DNA of 63,985 nucleotides, counting the filler, from Octopus bimaculoides (Eukaryota): the NCBI RefSeq assembly GCF_001194135.2. It is 5 parts of 5 records of this genome, joined end to end, with 100 filler letters (N's around TTAATTAATTAA, not from the genome) between each part and the next. Parts side by side here need not be neighbours in the genome. Positions count along the whole stretch, not along the records: positions 62,661 to 63,985 come from NC_069002.1; 4 more parts are not named here. One strand, 5' to 3'. Positions 62,985 through 63,985 of this stretch are shown piece after piece; position 1 is the stretch's first letter; the number at the start of each line of letters is the position of its first letter. The position numbers and the translations under genes are program-made. The notes below the pieces were generated by a model that worked only from the letters and a program-made list of their open reading frames with translations, was not told the origin of the DNA and made no database searches.

Positions 62985-63145
62985 ACGATGGGCTTCTTGC
63001 AGTTTCTCTCAATTGAACCCATTCACTTTGGGTCGGCCCTAGGCTATAGTAGAAAACACTTGCTCTAGGTGCCACGCAGAGGGACTGAAAACGCAACCAT
63101 GTGGTTGGAAAGCAAGCTACCTATTATACAACCACACCTGCGCCC
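62985..63145 (-). mobile_element. CORE-like SINE
   Basis: ggtcggccctaggctatagtagaaaacacttgctctaggtgccacgcagagggactgaa. Confidence 0.8.
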
Positions 63146-63985
63146 ATTTGTTTCTACTGTACATTTTTGAACCGGCAGCTAATTAACAAACAATTATTAA
63201 TACTTATTAATAACTCAATTAGCTAAGGTAGTTTACGCGAGAACTAAACGTGATAAAGCATTTAATACACGTGTTCTAATTTCTGAATGCGTAATAGAAA
63301 CTTTAATTCTCATACCATTTAAACGGCGATTAAATAAACATTGAGGTTTTATATGTCAAACAATTAACTATATCACTTTTCTTTCACAATTGCGATAAAT
63401 TCGTGCAATTGTGATAAATAGTAATTATCATTTTTGCTTTCGCACAGCAACCCTGTGGGTGAAAGAGTGTCGTAGTGAGCAGCAGCCTTAGTTTCGTGTC
63501 GCTTTGATTTTTAATTCGAATTCCATCGGAGTATATAATTTGCCGTTGTTTTGTAATTTTCCCTCTTGTAATGTAGATTTGAGAAGAAATACAGGCGCAC
63601 ACGCGGCTCTGTAGGGAGAAGCTATATATACACATATATACACACATTATTGAGCACACATAATCAATGTATATGCTTTACTTGTTCGCTTGGAATGACC
63701 AACATCTTTCGCAAATTAGTGGTTTTGAGACAATAAAGTCATTAAAACGTTACTATCTACGATGGTGAGCTGTCTTAATATTTGACAATGGACTATTAAA
63801 TCACTTTGGTATTAAATTCCGTTGTCCTGCACATGAATGGTTTTAGACTGCATCCGCTAGGGGCGCTCTAGTACAAGAATTCCGCCTTTTTCAGGAGTGT
63901 AGAATTGTAATACTTGCTACTAATTAAGTAGTACTGATTCATATTACTAATTAACCCAGCTATGGGTTGATTAGCACGTGAACCA

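Noticed and set aside
63485-63610. Minus-strand peptide NGKLYTPMEFE resembling a SAND domain
   Set aside because: A stop follows within about 10 codons and the KDWK motif is absent.
63854-63867. CCGCTAGGGGCGCT as a CTCF site
   Set aside because: One G short of the core spacing; a single near-match is not evidence.
1-63985. ORF-track entries made of poly-V/I/Y/H/T, CV, LS or X runs
   Set aside because: Translations of microsatellites and N gaps; no coding evidence.

Overview
AT-rich, gap-ridden eukaryotic genomic DNA. The repeat families look like those of octopus; this is an inference from remembered repeat sequences, not a database hit. No intact protein-coding gene can be supported, and almost all ORF-track entries are microsatellite or N-gap artefacts. 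Supported content: one tRNA-Gly(CCC) gene; four decayed Tc1/mariner transposons (one full-length with TIRs); Tigger-like, MULE/FLYWCH and Helitron fragments; several R4/Dong-type LINE fragments sitting in (AAT)n tracts; RTE LINE fragments; many tRNA-derived SINEs; minisatellites; and four artificial 100-bp scaffold gaps. The most notable signal is a set of minimal type-I hammerhead-ribozyme motifs in five repeat families that look unrelated outside the core. Several lie in inverted-arm (Penelope pseudo-LTR-like) arrangements. One family couples a tRNA-derived Pol III promoter and an (AAT)n spacer to a hammerhead, i.e. a candidate ribozyme-bearing SINE or retrozyme. Folds were worked out by hand; activity is untested. 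Repeat boundaries are approximate unless a TIR or TSD is quoted.
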